64,000 nt of DNA, from positions 1 through 64,000 of the IMG/VR virus record IMGVR_UViG_3300047388_000107, one strand, 5' to 3'. Source of the DNA: a virus. Below, in pieces: positions 10,232 to 20,734 of this stretch. The notes beneath the pieces are model-generated. The model had not been told where the DNA came from. It did no database searches and saw only the letters and a program-made list of their open reading frames with translations. The position numbers and the translations under genes were made by a program. Position 1 is the stretch's first letter, and each line of letters begins with the position of its first letter.

Positions 10232-10600
10232 ATGATGCCCGGCAGCACCAATCTCAACATCTATCGCGGCGACACTGGACGCTGGCAATTCAAACTGTGG
10301 ATCGACACGGCGCGGATCCAACCGGCTGATCTGACCGGCGTGACCGTCAGCGCCACGATACGGGACAAGGCGCTTGGTGGTAGTGCTGAAACAGCGCTGG
10401 CCTGTACGATCACATCGCCAAACATCGTCAACATGTCGCTGACGCCGGATCAAAGCCGTAATCTGCCAGCGGTAGGGGTCTGGGATTTGCAGCTGGCTTA
10501 TCCCAGCGGCGATATTTTCACCGTACTGAAAGGCAGTGCTATCGTCACGCAGGATGTTACCCGTCCGAATGTCGCAGTCCCATTGGCGCGTGTGCGATGA
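10232..10600 (+). CDS. BppU-like fibre-anchoring protein
   Basis: NLNIYRGDT...DLTG...WDLQL...TVLKG...VTQDVTR; precedes collagen fibre. Confidence 0.65.
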   Translation: MMPGSTNLNIYRGDTGRWQFKLWIDTARIQPADLTGVTVSATIRDKALGGSAETALACTITSPNIVNMSLTPDQSRNLPAVGVWDLQLAYPSGDIFTVLKGSAIVTQDVTRPNVAVPLARVR

Positions 10601-13179
10601 ACCAGATTACCACCATCGATGTTCATTTTGATCCTTCGACGGTGGAGGTTGTTGAAATTTCCGGTCTGTCGCTGGTCGAATTTGTCGAGACGGCCGGGGT
10701 GGTCGGACCAAAGGGTGATCCCGGTCCGAAAGGCGCCGACAGCACTGTGCCGGGACCACCGGGTGCGACAGGCGCAACAGGCGCGCGCGGTCCGGTAGGT
10801 CCGACTGGACCGGCTTCGACGGTACCGGGACCACCGGGTACGACGGGTGGAATGGGTCCGCAAGGCATGCCCGGTCCTCCCGGCATAGCTGGCACAGCCG
10901 GTCCTCCCGGTGCGACCGGACCAAAAGGTCAAGTCGTCAATACTGGTATCCTGCTGCCTTACTATCTGTTCTTGGGCGGCAGCCCTTATTCGGATGCCAA
11001 CGTCCAGCGGCTGCTCGACGTGATGAAGTCTAATCACGACGTGCCGGTGCTGGTGATCATCAATACGCCGACGAGCGGGCCGGGGACCGTCGCTGATCCG
11101 AATTACGCGGCGCTGATTGAATTGGTGCAGGGCGCGGGCGGCAAAGCGCTTGGCTATGTCGATACCGCTAACGGCACCCGGCCCGAAGCGGATGTCAAGA
11201 ACGACATCAATCTTTGGCTCAGTCTTTATCCGGCACGTCCGATTGACGGAATTTTTCTGGATGAGATGCCGTACGACGCCAGTTACGTTGCTTTGTATAA
11301 GCGCTATACCGATTACTGTCATGGTCTGGGCTTAAATCCGGTCGTCGCGAACCCCGGTGCAAACCAGCAACCGGCTTGGTTCTCGACCTATACGGCCGAC
11401 GTCATCGTCGTGAATGAAAATTCGACATGGCCGACTGAAGCCGATATGGAAGGTAACTTTGAAGGCGGTCACGCCGATTATCCGCCGACACGTCGCGCAG
11501 GCTTGGTTTATAACCAGCCGACGCTCGATACCGGGTTGCTGGATACGCTACGCAAAAATGTTCAGTGGGTTTATGTCACCAACGACAACCTTCCTAACCC
11601 TTGGGACACGTTGCCAACTTATCTGGAGCAGTTGTTTGGTGCAGTCAGTCTAGCTTCAACCGTACCGGGGCCTGCCGGGCCAGCAGGGCCTGCCGGGCCG
11701 ACTGGACCAGCTTCAACCGTGCCGGGACCACCGGGTGCGACTGGTCCACAAGGGCCACAGGGCGCGACAGGTGCAACTGGCAGTCAAGGACCGCAAGGCG
11801 CCACGGGCGCAACCGGCAGTCAGGGACCAGCCGGTCAGGGCGTACCGTCGGGCGGTACAGCTGGTCAGGTGCTCTCTAAAGTCGACGCCACGAACTATAA
11901 TACGCAGTGGTCGACACCGAGTAGCGGTGGCGTCGCGGCATCCAGCGTTACATTCGCACCGGCTGGCAATATCGCGGCTACTGATGTGCAAGCGGCGTTG
12001 GTCGAATTGGACAACGAGAAGCTAGCACTGACCGGAGGTGCGGTGACGGGTGCTACGTCGTTTACGGGCGGCGTTACCATGGGGAGCGTTCTGGCGGCTT
12101 CGCCAACCGACCTGTCGAAGCATCTGGCTGTTTTCAGTACGACTTACGGCCTCAATTCCACGACATCACAGCTCAATGTCGTTGCGGGCGGGGCGCGGCT
12201 GAATTTCTTCACGGCGCAGGGTCTGCAAGGTCCGATTGGTGCAGCTACGCCGAATACCGGAGCATTCACCACGCTGTCGGCTTCCGGCGCGGTTAGCGGT
12301 ACCGGTTTTACTAATCTGCTGGCGCCTTATGCCTTGCTTGCTTCACCGACATTTACCGGTGACCCGAAAGCGCCGACACCAGCGGCGGGCGACAATGATA
12401 ATTCGATTGCAACAACGGCTTTTGTTACAGCCGCATTGGTTGCGTCCACGCGCGGTTATCTCGCGGGCCTCGGGATGTCGACGCCGGGTGCGTCGGCGAA
12501 TTTTACCGTGCAATCCGGCATGGCGATGGATAGCACCAATGCTGTGATGATGACGATGCTTTTATCAATCACCAAGAACATGGGTGCGTGGGTGGTGGGG
12601 GCCGGGGGTGCGCTCGACACCGGTACCATCGCGGCTAGTTACTACGACGTCTATCTGATCCGCCGCCCTGATACTGGCGTGGTCGATGTGCTGCTGACGA
12701 TCATGGGCAACGCGCCGACGCTGCCAGCCAACTATACGCATTATCGACGCATCGGTTCGCTTAATAACGGCCTCAACGTCAACCAGTGGAATAAATTCGT
12801 CCAGACCGGCGATGAGTTTCTGTGGGATGCGCCGATACAAGAATTTAGCGGTGCAGCTGTCGGGACAAGCGGTCTTGTTGGCGTCGCGATAGCACCACCG
12901 AACTGCGAGGCGATCCTGCAAGCAGGCATGCAATCCAACACGGCGGCCACGCTGGCGCTGATCCATTCGCTGGTGGCTAATGCCGCCGCTATCGTCAACA
13001 ATCCGGTTGGAAACACTCAATTTATCTGTGCTGTGGCCAACAGCCCTGCCTACGCCACCGTCAGGGTTCGGCTTAATGCCTCGCGGCAATACCGCATCGT
13101 CTCGAATGCGACGGCGGCGACCTGCCAGTTCTATGTCACGACACTGGGTTATATTGACCGACGCGGGAGGGATGCCTGA
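10597..13179 (+). CDS. Collagen-like fibre with spherulin-4 (GH135) glycoside hydrolase domain and C-terminal fibre domain
   Basis: Gly-X-Y runs on both sides of IIN.P.SGPG, GYVDT, DGIFLDE, NPG, VNE, WVYVTND..PNPW motifs. Confidence 0.85.
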   Translation: MNQITTIDVHFDPSTVEVVEISGLSLVEFVETAGVVGPKGDPGPKGADSTVPGPPGATGATGARGPVGPTGPASTVPGPPGTTGGMGPQGMPGPPGIAGTAGPPGATGPKGQVVNTGILLPYYLFLGGSPYSDANVQRLLDVMKSNHDVPVLVIINTPTSGPGTVADPNYAALIELVQGAGGKALGYVDTANGTRPEADVKNDINLWLSLYPARPIDGIFLDEMPYDASYVALYKRYTDYCHGLGLNPVVANPGANQQPAWFSTYTADVIVVNENSTWPTEADMEGNFEGGHADYPPTRRAGLVYNQPTLDTGLLDTLRKNVQWVYVTNDNLPNPWDTLPTYLEQLFGAVSLASTVPGPAGPAGPAGPTGPASTVPGPPGATGPQGPQGATGATGSQGPQGATGATGSQGPAGQGVPSGGTAGQVLSKVDATNYNTQWSTPSSGGVAASSVTFAPAGNIAATDVQAALVELDNEKLALTGGAVTGATSFTGGVTMGSVLAASPTDLSKHLAVFSTTYGLNSTTSQLNVVAGGARLNFFTAQGLQGPIGAATPNTGAFTTLSASGAVSGTGFTNLLAPYALLASPTFTGDPKAPTPAAGDNDNSIATTAFVTAALVASTRGYLAGLGMSTPGASANFTVQSGMAMDSTNAVMMTMLLSITKNMGAWVVGAGGALDTGTIAASYYDVYLIRRPDTGVVDVLLTIMGNAPTLPANYTHYRRIGSLNNGLNVNQWNKFVQTGDEFLWDAPIQEFSGAAVGTSGLVGVAIAPPNCEAILQAGMQSNTAATLALIHSLVANAAAIVNNPVGNTQFICAVANSPAYATVRVRLNASRQYRIVSNATAATCQFYVTTLGYIDRRGRDA

Positions 13180-13328
13180 TGCCACCTAAATCACAAGCAC
13201 AACGCGGTGCGATGTACGCAGCAGCCGCAGGAAAATCAACGCTCGGTATCCCCAAGAAAGTTGGCAAGGAATTTGTCAAAGCCGATAAGCCGGGAAAATT
13301 GCCAAAGCGAAAGAAGAGCAAACGATGA
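13179..13328 (+). CDS. Small basic phage protein (49 aa, not in ORF track)
   Basis: [37 protein letters not shown]...; TGATG coupling. Confidence 0.8.
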   Translation: MPPKSQAQRGAMYAAAAGKSTLGIPKKVGKEFVKADKPGKLPKRKKSKR

Positions 13329-13463
13329 AACCAGCACAAACCGAAAAACAGGCGCAAGTGGTTGCAACTTATTTTCTAGCCAAACAATCCGGCTTGTTCC
13401 AGCCGGGGCAGCCGCTTATACTGGCTGAGACCTTGGTACCGCGAAAATCGAAGGAAAAACCGC

Positions 13464-13715
13464 ATGACAACCTTCAAAAATCAAGTCAACGCCTTCGGAA
13501 ATAGTGCCGGTGACGACTTAGAAAAACACGTCACCAGCTGGCGCGGCGCGGGCACTTCATTCCCAAAGGGCAAGCTGAAGCGCTATCCCGGTGCTGTAGG
13601 CGATATTTCTGGCGGTAACCGCCGTCTGGCAAAAGCCCAGCATGGCGATGGTGGCGGCTCTGCTACCAGTTTCTGTGGCAAGAATGCTTTTACCAAAGGC
13701 GGGAAGGGCAAATGA
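13464..13715 (+). CDS. Hypothetical basic Gly-rich protein
   Basis: AAGGA RBS, operon context. Confidence 0.7.
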   Translation: MTTFKNQVNAFGNSAGDDLEKHVTSWRGAGTSFPKGKLKRYPGAVGDISGGNRRLAKAQHGDGGGSATSFCGKNAFTKGGKGK

Positions 13716-14132
13716 ATGTTCTACCGGCCCGGCGGCACCAGCGGCAGAATTAACGCTCAGTATGACGAGTGTTATAGCGATCAGGTCGGCGGCGCGACCG
13801 GTTTCCTGCCGATCAACAAAGGCGACTGGATCGCCGTCAACGCTTGCCGCGCGTCGATCACCTATCAGAACCCCGGATCGTCTATCGTAACGAAAGAGAC
13901 AGCTGCACCTGAGATGGAGTTGCTGCTGGAAATGAAGACCATCGGCGGTCAGAAGGATGTCGAAAGCTGGCCGATTGATCAGTGGCAAAATCTTGTTGTT
14001 GCGACGGGGATACGCGCGCACCGCGCGGGGTTCGTGCGATTGCGTATTCTCAGCATCAACAATGTCGACGGGACCGGTCTCGCCATGGCGCTGCAAGTCA
14101 CAAGAACGGGTGACATGGGAGAAACATCGTGA
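13716..14132 (+). CDS. Hypothetical virion protein
   Basis: Abuts neighbours, 138 aa. Confidence 0.7.
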   Translation: MFYRPGGTSGRINAQYDECYSDQVGGATGFLPINKGDWIAVNACRASITYQNPGSSIVTKETAAPEMELLLEMKTIGGQKDVESWPIDQWQNLVVATGIRAHRAGFVRLRILSINNVDGTGLAMALQVTRTGDMGETS

Positions 14133-14743
14133 GCGGATTTAGCACGCCCCGTTCCAACATTGACAACATATCCAAGTCATACGGCTCTATTCTGCGCGGC
14201 TACGGACCACCGGTCCCGAAAGCTGGCGTGGTCGGTGATCTCTACATGGACGTGCAAACCTTCCAGTTGTTCGAGAAGCGCAGCACGGGGTATCTCGATG
14301 ATTGGGGTCACTATCTTTTTATTTTGCCGTCGAATTACGTAAGTTCTTTGAAATGGTTCGGACCCAGCAGACCCAGCGACAGCATTGGCGTGACTGGCGA
14401 TTATTATCTGCAGTGGGGTGGTTACAACAACTATGGAATGCAGCTGACTGTCTGGGGTCCGAAGGGATGGGCTGGATGGCCGGAAAACGGCACGGGTACC
14501 TCTGTCGTCATTGTGGATGGCGCGGTCCACCAGTTTGGATTGCTGGATGAAGGTCCGAATAAGACGGACATGGCGCTTACTCAGTTGCTCGCTATCGGAC
14601 TGTTCGAGGAGTACGTTATTCCTGCGTTGGTCACAGCGGATATTAACGATAGCGTGGTGCGGCTGGGAGTGCAGACTACTGGCAAGCTGGTGACAACTCC
14701 GCTCAACAATCTCTATACGGCAGAAGACGGGCACGCAATCTGA
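14129..14743 (+). CDS. Tail-associated protein
   Basis: Repeated G.GPP...G..GD.Y motifs common in tail proteins. Confidence 0.65.
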   Translation: MSGFSTPRSNIDNISKSYGSILRGYGPPVPKAGVVGDLYMDVQTFQLFEKRSTGYLDDWGHYLFILPSNYVSSLKWFGPSRPSDSIGVTGDYYLQWGGYNNYGMQLTVWGPKGWAGWPENGTGTSVVIVDGAVHQFGLLDEGPNKTDMALTQLLAIGLFEEYVIPALVTADINDSVVRLGVQTTGKLVTTPLNNLYTAEDGHAI

Positions 14744-15498
14744 TGTCATACAATCCAGCAAATGACTTCGTAGGCTTGTGGCGCGCTCAAACCGGTGGCG
14801 CCGTCAAAGGTGAGATGCCCGGTCTCGATTTCGTGGTGGCCGCGCTTGGCCGCGCTGGCATCATCAATGTCGCGTTTTCTCCGACCGCGCCGACCTCGAA
14901 CCAAGCGGCGACCGCATGGTTCAAGACGACTTCGCCAAGCTATCAGGGCGAAGGCTCGATCTATTTCTGGGACGCCAACTCAAGCTCGTATCTTCTGGGA
15001 ACGCCAGCTACGTTTGCCAGATATTTGACGACAGTTGCGCAAACTGTCTGGCCAATGACCGGTGTGCCGAATACCGGTCCAAATAACGCTATCGGCGTCA
15101 ACGGCGATTGGGCTTTCAGGACTGACCAGAATGGCGGCATCTACGGTCCGAAAGCAGGCGGTTTCTGGCCTAACAATCCGATACCGGGTTCGTCTTACGG
15201 CCAGTTCAGCAGCTTTCTGGATGTGATGGGTCCGCAGATGGGGGCTCTTACCTATCGCGATGCGTCGGCGTGGCTACCGCTACAACCGGGCACCAGAGGT
15301 CAGGTTCTGCAAACCCAAGGCCCTGCCGCGATCCCTGTCTGGGCGTCTCTTTCAGGTGGCGCGATTGGTTCGCTTGCGCTTGGTAACGGCACGACGGCCA
15401 ATAACCCATCGGGTGCGGCTTATACCGGTACGTGGGCTTCAGTGTCGAAATTTACTGTTGGCGGGACCGACGTCTATCTGATGATCCGCACGGCTTAA
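14743..15498 (+). CDS. Tail fibre/spike-like protein, paralogue 1
   Basis: N-terminal ~90 aa strongly similar to 15511-16428. Confidence 0.75.
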   Translation: MSYNPANDFVGLWRAQTGGAVKGEMPGLDFVVAALGRAGIINVAFSPTAPTSNQAATAWFKTTSPSYQGEGSIYFWDANSSSYLLGTPATFARYLTTVAQTVWPMTGVPNTGPNNAIGVNGDWAFRTDQNGGIYGPKAGGFWPNNPIPGSSYGQFSSFLDVMGPQMGALTYRDASAWLPLQPGTRGQVLQTQGPAAIPVWASLSGGAIGSLALGNGTTANNPSGAAYTGTWASVSKFTVGGTDVYLMIRTA

Positions 15499-15510
15499 GA
15501 GGTTACAGCC

Positions 15511-16428
15511 ATGGCCTATTTGCCGGATACTGACTTTGTTGGCCTATGGCGCGCTGTTACGGGTGGCGTCCAAAAAGGTGAGATGCCGGGACTGGACTTC
15601 GTAGTGGCTGCGCTCGGTCGTGCTGGCATTATGAGGATTGTAACTTCTTCATCGCCACCGGTCGTCAACCAAAGCACGACGGCGTGGTTTCAGCCTGCCA
15701 ATCCGACGTATTCGGCGGAAGGCAAACTGTTTTTGTGGGACCCGAATTTAAACGTGTACGCGCCAGCTACGCCGGAACTGTTTTTCAGCAGCGGCAGTAA
15801 CACTGGCGGTAGTGGTGGCGATGGTGGTGGCGGTGGTGGCGGTGGTGGCGGTGGAGGAGATACGGATATGGTTATCATTTCGGGTACGGCGCCTTCCAAT
15901 CCTGCCACCGGTCAGGAATGGTGGGATGGCACAACAATGAAGCTCTGGACCGGTACTGCTTGGGTGCCGACGAGCGGCGGCGGTGCGGTCACGACAACAA
16001 CGCCGGTTTTGTCTCTGTCAGTTCCAGCTACGCTCAATGTTGCGGCAGGCGCGTGGGCAGAGGTACCGTTCGCATCTACGCCTTCGATAGACACTTATGC
16101 TGGTTTTGATCCAGTTACTTATAAATACACTCCTAAAAAAGCTGGACATTACATATTTAGTTCGCGCCTCTATCTTACAGCGTCTGGTGGGCTGCTTGGT
16201 TTGTTACTGCCTCGTAACGACAGCGGTGCGGGTATTGGTTCATCTATGGGAGTTGATTACGTCAGTGTAGCGATATCGTATTCAGCAAGCGCAATAACAG
16301 GATGGGAAGCCGCGACCGACATAGCCTATATGAATGGCGTCACCGATTATGTGCGACTGTGGTGCTGGTGCAGCGGACCGATTGTCGGGACCAGCATTCC
16401 GATATTGCGTGGATGGTTGCTGCCGTAG
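15511..16428 (+). CDS. Tail fibre/spike-like protein, paralogue 2, with C1q-like C-terminal domain
   Basis: Shared N-terminus, poly-Gly linker, FD...YKYTPKKAGHY.F...MNG.TDYV. Confidence 0.7.
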   Translation: MAYLPDTDFVGLWRAVTGGVQKGEMPGLDFVVAALGRAGIMRIVTSSSPPVVNQSTTAWFQPANPTYSAEGKLFLWDPNLNVYAPATPELFFSSGSNTGGSGGDGGGGGGGGGGGGDTDMVIISGTAPSNPATGQEWWDGTTMKLWTGTAWVPTSGGGAVTTTTPVLSLSVPATLNVAAGAWAEVPFASTPSIDTYAGFDPVTYKYTPKKAGHYIFSSRLYLTASGGLLGLLLPRNDSGAGIGSSMGVDYVSVAISYSASAITGWEAATDIAYMNGVTDYVRLWCWCSGPIVGTSIPILRGWLLP

Positions 16429-16437
16429 GAGCACCGG

Positions 16438-18429
16438 ATGGGTGGCGATGGTAGCGATGGCAGCGATGGTAGCGTAGGTGGCGGCATAGGTTCTGACGCT
16501 GCCGCGTCTGATAGCGCAGCCGCTGCGGCTGCTGGCGGCATTGGTGGCGGCATCGGTAGTGATGGCGGTGGCGGCGAAGGCAGTGCTCCGTCCGGTCCCG
16601 GCCCCGGAGACGATGCCAGCGATCCCGGCGATATCGGCAGCGAGACTGGTCCCAGCATCGGTACTGCTGCATTGGCAGCAGCGGCAGACGCCCAAGCTGC
16701 AATGGCTGCACTGGCGGGGCAGTATGGTTACGCCGCTCCCAGCATGACCGCTGCAGAAGCGCAAGCCGCTCAAACCGGCTTGGGACTATTTGGCATCGCT
16801 CCCAGCGTCAATCTTGGTCTTCAAGGTATCGATCTTGCCGGTCCTGTTACGGCAATGGAGGACCCGGAAACTGATCTTTCACAAGAAAATTTGGCAGCTC
16901 TGAATGCGAAGGCTGTTGCCCTAGGTTTGATGAACCCTGATGGCACACCCGGTCCAAACGCCGCTACTCTTTCAGAAGCGGCTAACCCGGCTCTTGCTTC
17001 GCAACAAGCTACGTTAGGAACGCCGACCGGAATTGCAATTGGTCAGCAAGCGGTAGCTGCGCAGAACCAAGCGCAAGTAAACATGGCCGACATGACGGAC
17101 GCGTTACCCGGAGTAATGGGAACTGCGATTGGCCAGCAGGCACTTGGCACACAGGCGGACGCGCAAGCTGCGATGGCTGCGTTGGCATCGCAATACGGTA
17201 TTGCACCTACTGCGCCTACCGCTCCCACATCAACTTCTGTTTTTGGTGCCGTTCCGAGTGCAGCAACTTTGCCTTCAATGACTTCGCAATCGATAGCGGC
17301 AATAACAGCTAATCCGGGTGCCGCTATTAACGGTGTAGGTGCGTTTGGCACTGCTTCACCGGGTAACCCCGGTACTGCAGCATTAGGAACTGCTGCGGGT
17401 TTGGGTGAAAGTGTATCGGGTATTCCCGGAAATCCCGGTTATGGTTTTGCACAAGCAGTAAGCCCCGGTCCAAGTCCAAATGAGCCACCGGGTTCGCCAA
17501 ACAATCCCAATGCAGTTACGTCCGTTTCTATTCCAAGCATCGCTGCGCCCGTTGCGCCCATGGCCACGGTACCGGCAGTACCTACTGCTGTTTCCGGTGT
17601 TGCTGGCTTTGGTAATAATTTTGGATATGCTCCATCAGGTAACATGGCAGGTATCCCCGGATTTGGTCCAGCTACTGCTACTGTTGGATATACTGACGAC
17701 CCTGCTTCTCAAGACCCAACAGCAAATTTTCCAACACCCAATCTTCCGGCAACTCCTACGCCGACAGTAACCAGCGCTCCCTTGCCAGCCATTGCACAGG
17801 AAGACCCGGTCGATCCGACTGAAATTCCGACACCTTTTACTTTTGCGCAGCTACCAACGCAAGTAACGACTGCTCCGTTGCCGCCGCAAGTGCCGATATC
17901 ACAGCCGACACCTATAACGGCGTATCCTACGCCACCGGTAACTATTGCTCCGTTACCACCGCAAGTGCCAGTATCGACGCCCAATTTGTCGTTGCCGCCG
18001 CCTACGCCGCCTGTACCGATGGAAAGCAAGACACCACAAGCTTTGATCGATGAAGCCAAGCAACAATTAGAAGCTCAACAAAATGTACCGCCTGTCGTAG
18101 TAGCGCCGCCGCCTGCCGTAGTAGCGCCACCGCCTGCTGCGATACCAGCCCCTGCGCCAGCACCCGCACCAGCGGCCACCGCAGCCTCGCCTGCAGCTGT
18201 TCCGGGGCAGAACCTCACCGGATTTACACCGGGTTCTAATCTAGCTGGCTTTGGCTCTTTTGGTGGGGGAGAAGGCAGGCTGTACAGCGACTACGGTGGG
18301 AATATCGCACAGATGGCTCAACCAACACAGATAGCCCAGCAGCCAGTCCTGAACCTCAAGGGGGTCAACCCGCTCACGCTCGATAAGTCGCTGTTGCCGT
18401 TGTGGTGGCAGCAGAACATAGCCGCATGA
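16438..18429 (+). CDS. Long low-complexity Gly/Ala/Pro-rich protein
   Basis: 663-aa ORF with AGGAG RBS; internal ADAQAAMAALA.QYG and TAPLPPQVP repeats. Confidence 0.7.
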   Translation: MGGDGSDGSDGSVGGGIGSDAAASDSAAAAAAGGIGGGIGSDGGGGEGSAPSGPGPGDDASDPGDIGSETGPSIGTAALAAAADAQAAMAALAGQYGYAAPSMTAAEAQAAQTGLGLFGIAPSVNLGLQGIDLAGPVTAMEDPETDLSQENLAALNAKAVALGLMNPDGTPGPNAATLSEAANPALASQQATLGTPTGIAIGQQAVAAQNQAQVNMADMTDALPGVMGTAIGQQALGTQADAQAAMAALASQYGIAPTAPTAPTSTSVFGAVPSAATLPSMTSQSIAAITANPGAAINGVGAFGTASPGNPGTAALGTAAGLGESVSGIPGNPGYGFAQAVSPGPSPNEPPGSPNNPNAVTSVSIPSIAAPVAPMATVPAVPTAVSGVAGFGNNFGYAPSGNMAGIPGFGPATATVGYTDDPASQDPTANFPTPNLPATPTPTVTSAPLPAIAQEDPVDPTEIPTPFTFAQLPTQVTTAPLPPQVPISQPTPITAYPTPPVTIAPLPPQVPVSTPNLSLPPPTPPVPMESKTPQALIDEAKQQLEAQQNVPPVVVAPPPAVVAPPPAAIPAPAPAPAPAATAASPAAVPGQNLTGFTPGSNLAGFGSFGGGEGRLYSDYGGNIAQMAQPTQIAQQPVLNLKGVNPLTLDKSLLPLWWQQNIAA

Positions 18430-19973
18430 ACTACCCTTGGGACATTCCTGACAAGCGGACCGAGATCAACCGTAAGCTCTGTGATTTTGAATGGTACCGC
18501 GAAAGGTATCTCTACATCCGTCCCCGAGAAGGTGGAGCGCGGAAGCTGTTCCACATCAACGCTGCCCAAACCGTCTTGAACAACCGGCTGAAGGCGGAAC
18601 TGAAAGAACACGGGAACCTGCGCTCGCTGGTTCCCAAAGCGCGGCGGATGGGCGTCAGCACCTATATCAGCGGACGGTTCTTCCACAAGACCATCACCCA
18701 GAGGGGCCGCAGAGCCCACGTGGTGGCCCACAGGAACGACAGTGCCTCCAACATCCACAAGGAAGTCAAAGAGTTCTATGCGGGCCTCCCAGAGCCTTTG
18801 CGGCCCTCTCTGGGAGCATCCAATGCTCGCGAACTGCTGTTCGACAAGCTGCAATCCACTTACAAGGTGTCATCTGCAGAAGGTGGCGATATCGGACGGT
18901 CCGACGACACACATCTGCTGCACATGTCGGAAGCCGCCTTCTTTGACAATTCGGAAGACTTGTCATCCGGTCTGATGAAAACCGTGCTGGATATCCCCGG
19001 CACCGAGATCATCATGGAGAGCACCGGCAACGGCGCTTCCGGCATGTTTTTTGACATGTGCGAACAGGCGCATCGCGACAAAAATAAGGGTCTCTGGCGG
19101 CTGCACTTCCTCGCGTGGCACATCATGCCGGAATACGTTCACGAACCGCCAACAGGTTGGGAATGCCCGCGCGAATTTGTTGACTACGGAAAGTTACACG
19201 GTCTGACCCTTGCCCAAATTTACTGGTATTACCGCGAGAATTATACGCTTGCTACGATGAACGGCGGCACGCCGGACAGCATTCACCGGTTAACCAAGCA
19301 GGAATTTCCGGCGAGCTATGCTGAATGCTTCATGACCGACAGCACGCTGGATTTCTTTCCAGCGTCGTTGGTGCAGCAGGCGATGTTGTCGAAGGTTGAG
19401 CCGACCGTCGGCGCGCTCAAGATTATATCGGTTGATCCGGCAGGAGATGGTAGCGATGACCCATGGGTCTGCGACAGACAAGGTTGTGTCATTGGCAAGC
19501 GCATCTGGGGGGCCATCAAATCCAAGGACCAGAACGTACAGGCCGATTGGCTGGTTAGTTCTTTTCGCCGTTTTGGCATGGATGCCATTCTTATTGATAG
19601 CGGTGGGCTTGGAAAGGGTCTGGTTGATGCTTGCAGGCTACGAATGCGTAATCAGGCCGACCGGGTTGTAGCCATCAATTTTGGCAGCGGTGCCAACAAC
19701 GCCGTGCAGTTCGGCAACAAGCGAGCTGAACTGCATTTCAAATTTCAAATGTGGTTGCAGGGTCAAGTCAGAATGCCGAATGACAAGCTGCTGCAAGAAC
19801 AGTGCGCAGCTTACAAGTGGGGGACCGGTGGTTGCCGCCGCGACGAACTGGCGCGGCTGTTCATGACACCGAAGGAAAAAATCCGGATGGAAATCGGCCG
19901 GTCCCCCGACATGCTTGATGCGATAGCAAACAGCTTCGGCATTAACGATTATGCGTTGCAGCCTACTTCTTAG
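18426..19973 (+). CDS. terL: Terminase large subunit
   Basis: KARRMGVST Walker A, LHMSEAAF Walker B, MESTGNG coupling motif, VDPA...D and SPDMLDA nuclease motifs. Confidence 0.95.
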   Translation: MNYPWDIPDKRTEINRKLCDFEWYRERYLYIRPREGGARKLFHINAAQTVLNNRLKAELKEHGNLRSLVPKARRMGVSTYISGRFFHKTITQRGRRAHVVAHRNDSASNIHKEVKEFYAGLPEPLRPSLGASNARELLFDKLQSTYKVSSAEGGDIGRSDDTHLLHMSEAAFFDNSEDLSSGLMKTVLDIPGTEIIMESTGNGASGMFFDMCEQAHRDKNKGLWRLHFLAWHIMPEYVHEPPTGWECPREFVDYGKLHGLTLAQIYWYYRENYTLATMNGGTPDSIHRLTKQEFPASYAECFMTDSTLDFFPASLVQQAMLSKVEPTVGALKIISVDPAGDGSDDPWVCDRQGCVIGKRIWGAIKSKDQNVQADWLVSSFRRFGMDAILIDSGGLGKGLVDACRLRMRNQADRVVAINFGSGANNAVQFGNKRAELHFKFQMWLQGQVRMPNDKLLQEQCAAYKWGTGGCRRDELARLFMTPKEKIRMEIGRSPDMLDAIANSFGINDYALQPTS

Positions 19974-20541
19974 ATGGCGTCGGTACTGGTGCAGACGGCA
20001 CAATCACGCCGATAGTCTGCCAGCCGTTGTCCGGCGTCCAGACCGCTTTCCACGCGACTTTGCCGGGCGCTTCTGGAGGAGCGGTGCTGTCCGGTGGGAC
20101 GGCAATCGGCGGGCGCGCGCCGGGACCACCACCCCAGATGTAGATCGGTCCCCAACCGCCTTCCGTGTCCGGTGGCAGTACGATGGGGTGCGAGGGCTGC
20201 GGCAGATCACCGGGTAGCGTGTGGTCCGGCTTCGGCGGCGTACCAGTTGGCGGCGTACTTCCTGCAGGAGGCATCGCAATCGGATGCTCCGGATGTGGCT
20301 GTTCACCGGGCAGTCCTTGATCGGGATGGACGGGTGCACCGGGTGGCAGCGGAAAGAAGATCGGATGTTCCGGATGCGGCAATTCACCGGGTAGCGTGTG
20401 ATCGGGCCTTGGCGGTTGTCCACCGGGCTGTCCACCGCTGGGTGGCGTCGGTCCCGGCGACGGACGCGGCGGCGCTGATGCTGAACTCAGCGGCATAATC
20501 AGCGCAGTGTAGACGACTGGTCCTTGGGTCTTATCGGCCAT
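19963..20541 (-). CDS. Pro/His repeat protein (PDHTLPG / HPEHPI / HPDQGLP)
   Basis: GGGAG RBS; three degenerate repeat units and a W-rich C-terminus. Confidence 0.8.
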   Translation of the reverse strand: MADKTQGPVVYTALIMPLSSASAPPRPSPGPTPPSGGQPGGQPPRPDHTLPGELPHPEHPIFFPLPPGAPVHPDQGLPGEQPHPEHPIAMPPAGSTPPTGTPPKPDHTLPGDLPQPSHPIVLPPDTEGGWGPIYIWGGGPGARPPIAVPPDSTAPPEAPGKVAWKAVWTPDNGWQTIGVIVPSAPVPTPSKK

Positions 20542-20554
20542 GCTCTTCTCCCTG

Positions 20555-20734
20555 TTAATACGGTCGGATCGTAAGTTTACTCTTACCTTTTTTTGGTGGT
20601 TCGTCCACGTCCAGCATGTCAGCTTTCACTTCATGCATCCGGCTTTTTAGGCTGTGTCTAGCAGCAAGTTTGCGATGGTCATCAGCGGTCATGCTTTTTG
20701 GTTTTGCGGTAGGTTTGACTGGTTTTTTGCTCAT
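20555..20734 (-). CDS. Small basic hypothetical protein (59 aa, not in ORF track)
   Basis: MSKKPVKPTAKPKSMTADDHRK...; ATGA coupling to upstream gene. Confidence 0.65.
   Translation of the reverse strand: MSKKPVKPTAKPKSMTADDHRKLAARHSLKSRMHEVKADMLDVDEPPKKGKSKLTIRPY

Noticed and set aside
12460-13179. Diversity-generating retroelement TR/VR pair with 57633-58363
   Set aside because: Both copies are coding, differences are not confined to adenines, and no reverse transcriptase is in the window.
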